Both the position numbers and the translations under genes were made by a program. From Hypanus sabinus (Eukaryota): a stretch of 64,000 nucleotides of DNA. Location: NCBI RefSeq assembly GCF_030144855.1, contig NC_082731.1, positions 10,540,001 through 10,604,000 on the forward strand, given 5' to 3'. Below the pieces are notes generated by a model that had not been told where the DNA came from, ran no database searches, and saw only the letters and a program-made list of their open reading frames with translations. Positions 60,686 to 64,000 of this stretch are shown in pieces (within the stretch, counting starts at the first letter, position 1; each line of letters begins with the position of its first letter).

Positions 60686-63600
60686 TTTCAGCAACTTCCG
60701 GGTTGAGTATGGAGTGAGTAGGTGCGTGTGACTGTCGCTCTCTACTTTTATTGAAAATCTACCTGTTTATCTTTGCTGTATTTTCGAGATATGAATATTT
60801 AATATTGTGAACAACCCAGGACTTTGCTGGACTTTGAAATGGCAAATAAGATGCACCTTCGAAGTAAAACTGGGGGAAAAGCGAAGCCTCGAGCAAGAAA
60901 GCTGATGTTACGGTTATGGCGCCGTTGCACGGTACTGGACCTAAACTACCCGATGACCTTGAGAGGCTTCCTTTAGTACTTTTACTGACCTGACGTAAGC
61001 GGTGCATTCTGCTCTACAAAGAGAACTTGAAGATGCTTTGCCACCAGTGAATGCTACCATGGAACAAATTATGTATTTTTACGAGTCGCCCGATGAACGC
61101 ATCCATAAGGTTGAAGATGGCCTGAATGATTATAGTGACCGACTGGCGAGCGCCGAAGCCGCCATTGCAGCGCTGCAGAGCGAAAACGCATTTCTGAAGG
61201 GAAAGCTAGATCACCTCGAAAATAAGTCTGGGAGATCCAATTTGAGAGGGGTCTGTTTTCGTGAAAATTTGGAAGGTTCGGGCCCTGTTAAATTGATGAC
61301 CGAGTTTTTGGACGAAGTGCGGGGGACGAATTTCTTCCCAAGGCCTCTCGTGTTTTCGGGTGCTCACCGAGTCGGTTCTAAACCATCCGACGTCCATGAA
61401 GCCAAGCAAACGAGACCAAGAACATCTCTGATTCTCTTTCATTGCATTCAAGATAAGCAACGCATCATCAATAGAGGGAAGCAGGAGCTGTATTTCCGCG
61501 GGCATCGCGTGTTTTTTCATGAAGATTATAGTGTGGAGCTGGGGAACGAACGAGCAGCGTTCAAGGAGGTGAAATCCCTGCTTTACGGGAGAAGGGTCAG
61601 GTTCGGCCTCTTCTATTCTGCTTGGCTCCGCGTCATCCATGAAGTTAAAGAGCATTATTTCGATACACCAGAGGCGGCCAAAGAGTTTTACCATTCGCGC
61701 TCGGGAGAAGAAGAACGAGAAGAGAAATAACTATTTTAAGGATATTCCTGCAGCATTGAAGATGCCTCCCGTCGAGGTAAACTGTTCAACACGTACAATT
61801 AAGCTGGATGAACTCAGCAGGTCGGGCAGCATCTGTTGAAACGAACTTTAACGTTTCGGGCTGAGACCCTTCGTCAGGACTGTGGTAAACTGTTAATTTT
61901 GGCAATTCACTTCTTTGTTCATTTTTTCCAGTTTAATTTGTGGAACACGGTTGAGTTGAACTGCTCTGCTGCGGAATCTGACAGAAACAAAAACTTTCAA
62001 CCAGCAAAATGTAAATATTTGGGATTTGCATCCCTGGCGTTTAGTTCCTAGATTTTTTTTTGTTGTTTTTAATGCTTTGCTTGACCTGTGTTATTTTTAG
62101 CCTATATATATATATTAAAGGTCGAATAAGTGATTGCATAAATTTTAAGGAGGGGAGCCACCCTAGATTAGATTGAAAGTTTTGGTTGTATGGGGAATGT
62201 TTTGTCAGTACTTTTGTTTGATAATGCCTGCGATCATCCTCATTTGGGGAGTTATATCTGGGTTCCCGGGGTTAATTGTATTTTTTGTTTGCGTCAAGGG
62301 GTAGGGGGAGTGTTTTGGGAAATCACCATGGCAGCTTATTATTTTGTGTGTTACGGGTTGGTCAGACTTTCTTTTCATTGTGCGTTATTGTGTGCAGCTT
62401 GTGCCCTCGCAGTGTTTTGGATTGTGGGCCCTATGTGTCTTTTGATATGAGTGCTGCTGATGGAGGCCACCCTGTGAGATTTATTTCTTGGAATGTAAAG
62501 GGGCTCAATGGTCCTGTTAAAACGAGCTAAAGTTTTCTCTCAACTGAAACAATTAAAACCAGATATAATCTTTCTACAAGAGACACATTTGAGATAGGAA
62601 AAATAATAGACTCCGTAAAGCATGGATTAGTCAGGTTTTCTATTCCAGGTTTAGCAGTAGGTCCGGGGGGGGGGGGTGGGGGAGGGTGGCAATATTAATC
62701 AGCAAAAAAACTAAGTTTACACCATCTGATGTAATCAGTGACCCTAATGGTCACTTTATTATAGTCTCTGGATATCCTTTTCAGAAACCTGTCATTTCAG
62801 TAACTCTTTATGCCCCTAGTTGGGACGACGTCCATTTGCAAATGACGTCTTGTCATTAATACCTAAGCTGAATACATACCAGCTAATCTTTTCAGGAGAT
62901 TTGAACTGTGCTATTGACCCACTGCTTGATAGGTCTAAGCCCGAGGGGAGCATCTACTGGTATGGCAAAGGCCTTCTCGATGTTTATGCAACAAAATGGT
63001 TATATTGAACCTTGGAGATTTTTTAATCCATCGGTTAGGCAATTCTCTTTGCTCACCACTCCTATTCCAGCTAAGACTATTTTTTTATAGATAGCTCCTT
63101 GATTAAACAAATTGAGTACGCTGCTATAGTTATATCTGATCACTCACTCATGAAACTGGACCTCTGTTTTCTTTTAAACATTAGAGAACGTCCTCTGTGG
63201 AGACTTAATCCCCTTTTGCTTTCCAGTGAGAAATTTTGTGGTTATGTATTGGCTAACATTGACTAACAAGACTAACAAAACTGAGTTGGCATCGTACTCT
63301 AAACTTTGGGAAACTTTAAAAGCTTCCTTAAGGGGTCAAATAATACATTATACTTCACATGTCAATAAAGAGCGTAGGAAGGAAATGCAATTGTTATTGC
63401 AATCTATGATGGACCTGGGTAGACAATATTCTGAGGCACCCACTGTGGAATTATCTAAAAGCTGGGCTGGTTTGCAAGTGAAGTTTAATATTCCATTTAC
63501 AAACCTATCAGAACAATTAACTCTTAAGACACTTAGCCTCTATTATGAATATGGCGACAAGGTGAGCCAGCTTTTAGCTCATCAGTTGAAGTGTCGAGCT

Positions 63601-64000
63601 GCATCACGACTTATTCCCCAGATAAGAGACACGCACCAAAACTTGACAAACAATCCAAAAGAGATCAACAGCAATTTTGCAACTTTTTATTCCTCTTTGT
63701 ATACCTCAAGAGTTTCCCTCAGATATAACAAATATGGAATAGTTTTTTTTTGATAATTTGGAAATACCAACTCTTGAACCAGAGGAGGTGGAAGATTCAG
63801 ATTGGGCTCTTGGACAAGAAGAGATTACTAATGCCATTATGGCTATGCAGAGCAGTAAGTCCCCAGGCCCGGATGGTTATCCAATAGAATTTTATAAGAA
63901 ATTTAAGGATAAGCACATACCGGTACTTCGAGAAGTGTTTCAGGAATCTTTGGAAAACGGTTCCTTACCCCATACTCTTTCACAAGGATCTATTTCACTT
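60686..64000 (+). mobile_element. 5' part of an L1/Tx1-type LINE: 5'UTR, ORF1 (largest open piece 61002-61730), inter-ORF region, disrupted ORF2 (from about 62447), truncated by the window end
   Basis: ORF1p coiled coil plus LENKSGRSNLR...AHRV...PR...F...KQRI motifs; ORF2 endonuclease FISWNVKGLN, FLQETH, YAP, IFSGDLNC..D; SKSPGPDGYPIEFYKKF near the end; several stops and frameshifts. Confidence 0.9.

Noticed and set aside
61206-61694. 162-aa minus-strand ORF
   Set aside because: Antisense shadow of L1 ORF1 with no independent motif.
38100-64000. A second Ig cluster or displaced C1/C3 exons downstream (or upstream, 1-6300)
   Set aside because: By eye I found no Ig-fold ORF, paired RSS or leader on either strand; a profile search is needed to be certain.

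Overview
Eukaryotic genomic DNA from a cartilaginous fish (elasmobranch; inferred from the IgNAR gene and HE1/V-SINE-type repeats), rich in decayed retroelements. The only host gene I can support is one complete, unrearranged IgNAR (heavy-chain-only antibody) cluster on the + strand. Its parts are: octamer+TATA promoter (6327-6360), leader (6451-6493), VNAR (6622-6890), three D segments and one J with 12/23-compatible RSSs (7127-8233), three constant exons (19616-19918, 28461-28781, 29144-29526 including the secretory tail) and two membrane exons (34342-34499, 37623-37631). Main observation: compared with the nurse shark IgNAR sequence as I recall it, the three constant exons are C2, C4 and C5. 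I find no C1 or C3 exon in the introns where they belong, and those introns are filled with LINE fragments. C1 and C3 are the two domains reported to dimerise IgNAR, and the retained C2 carries an extra Cys where the paralogous C4 has Trp. This suggests a genomically encoded short V-C2-C4-C5 IgNAR, subject to checks for assembly error and by cDNA. The rest of the window holds CR1, Rex1/Babar, L1/Tx1 and Penelope-like retroelement fragments (several with hammerhead-ribozyme core motifs), three solo LTRs with target-site duplications, SINEs, a pogo/Tigger-like DNA element, microsatellites and a perfect 35-bp hairpin. All family assignments come from motif recognition by eye, not database searches, and repeat boundaries are approximate unless a TSD is given.
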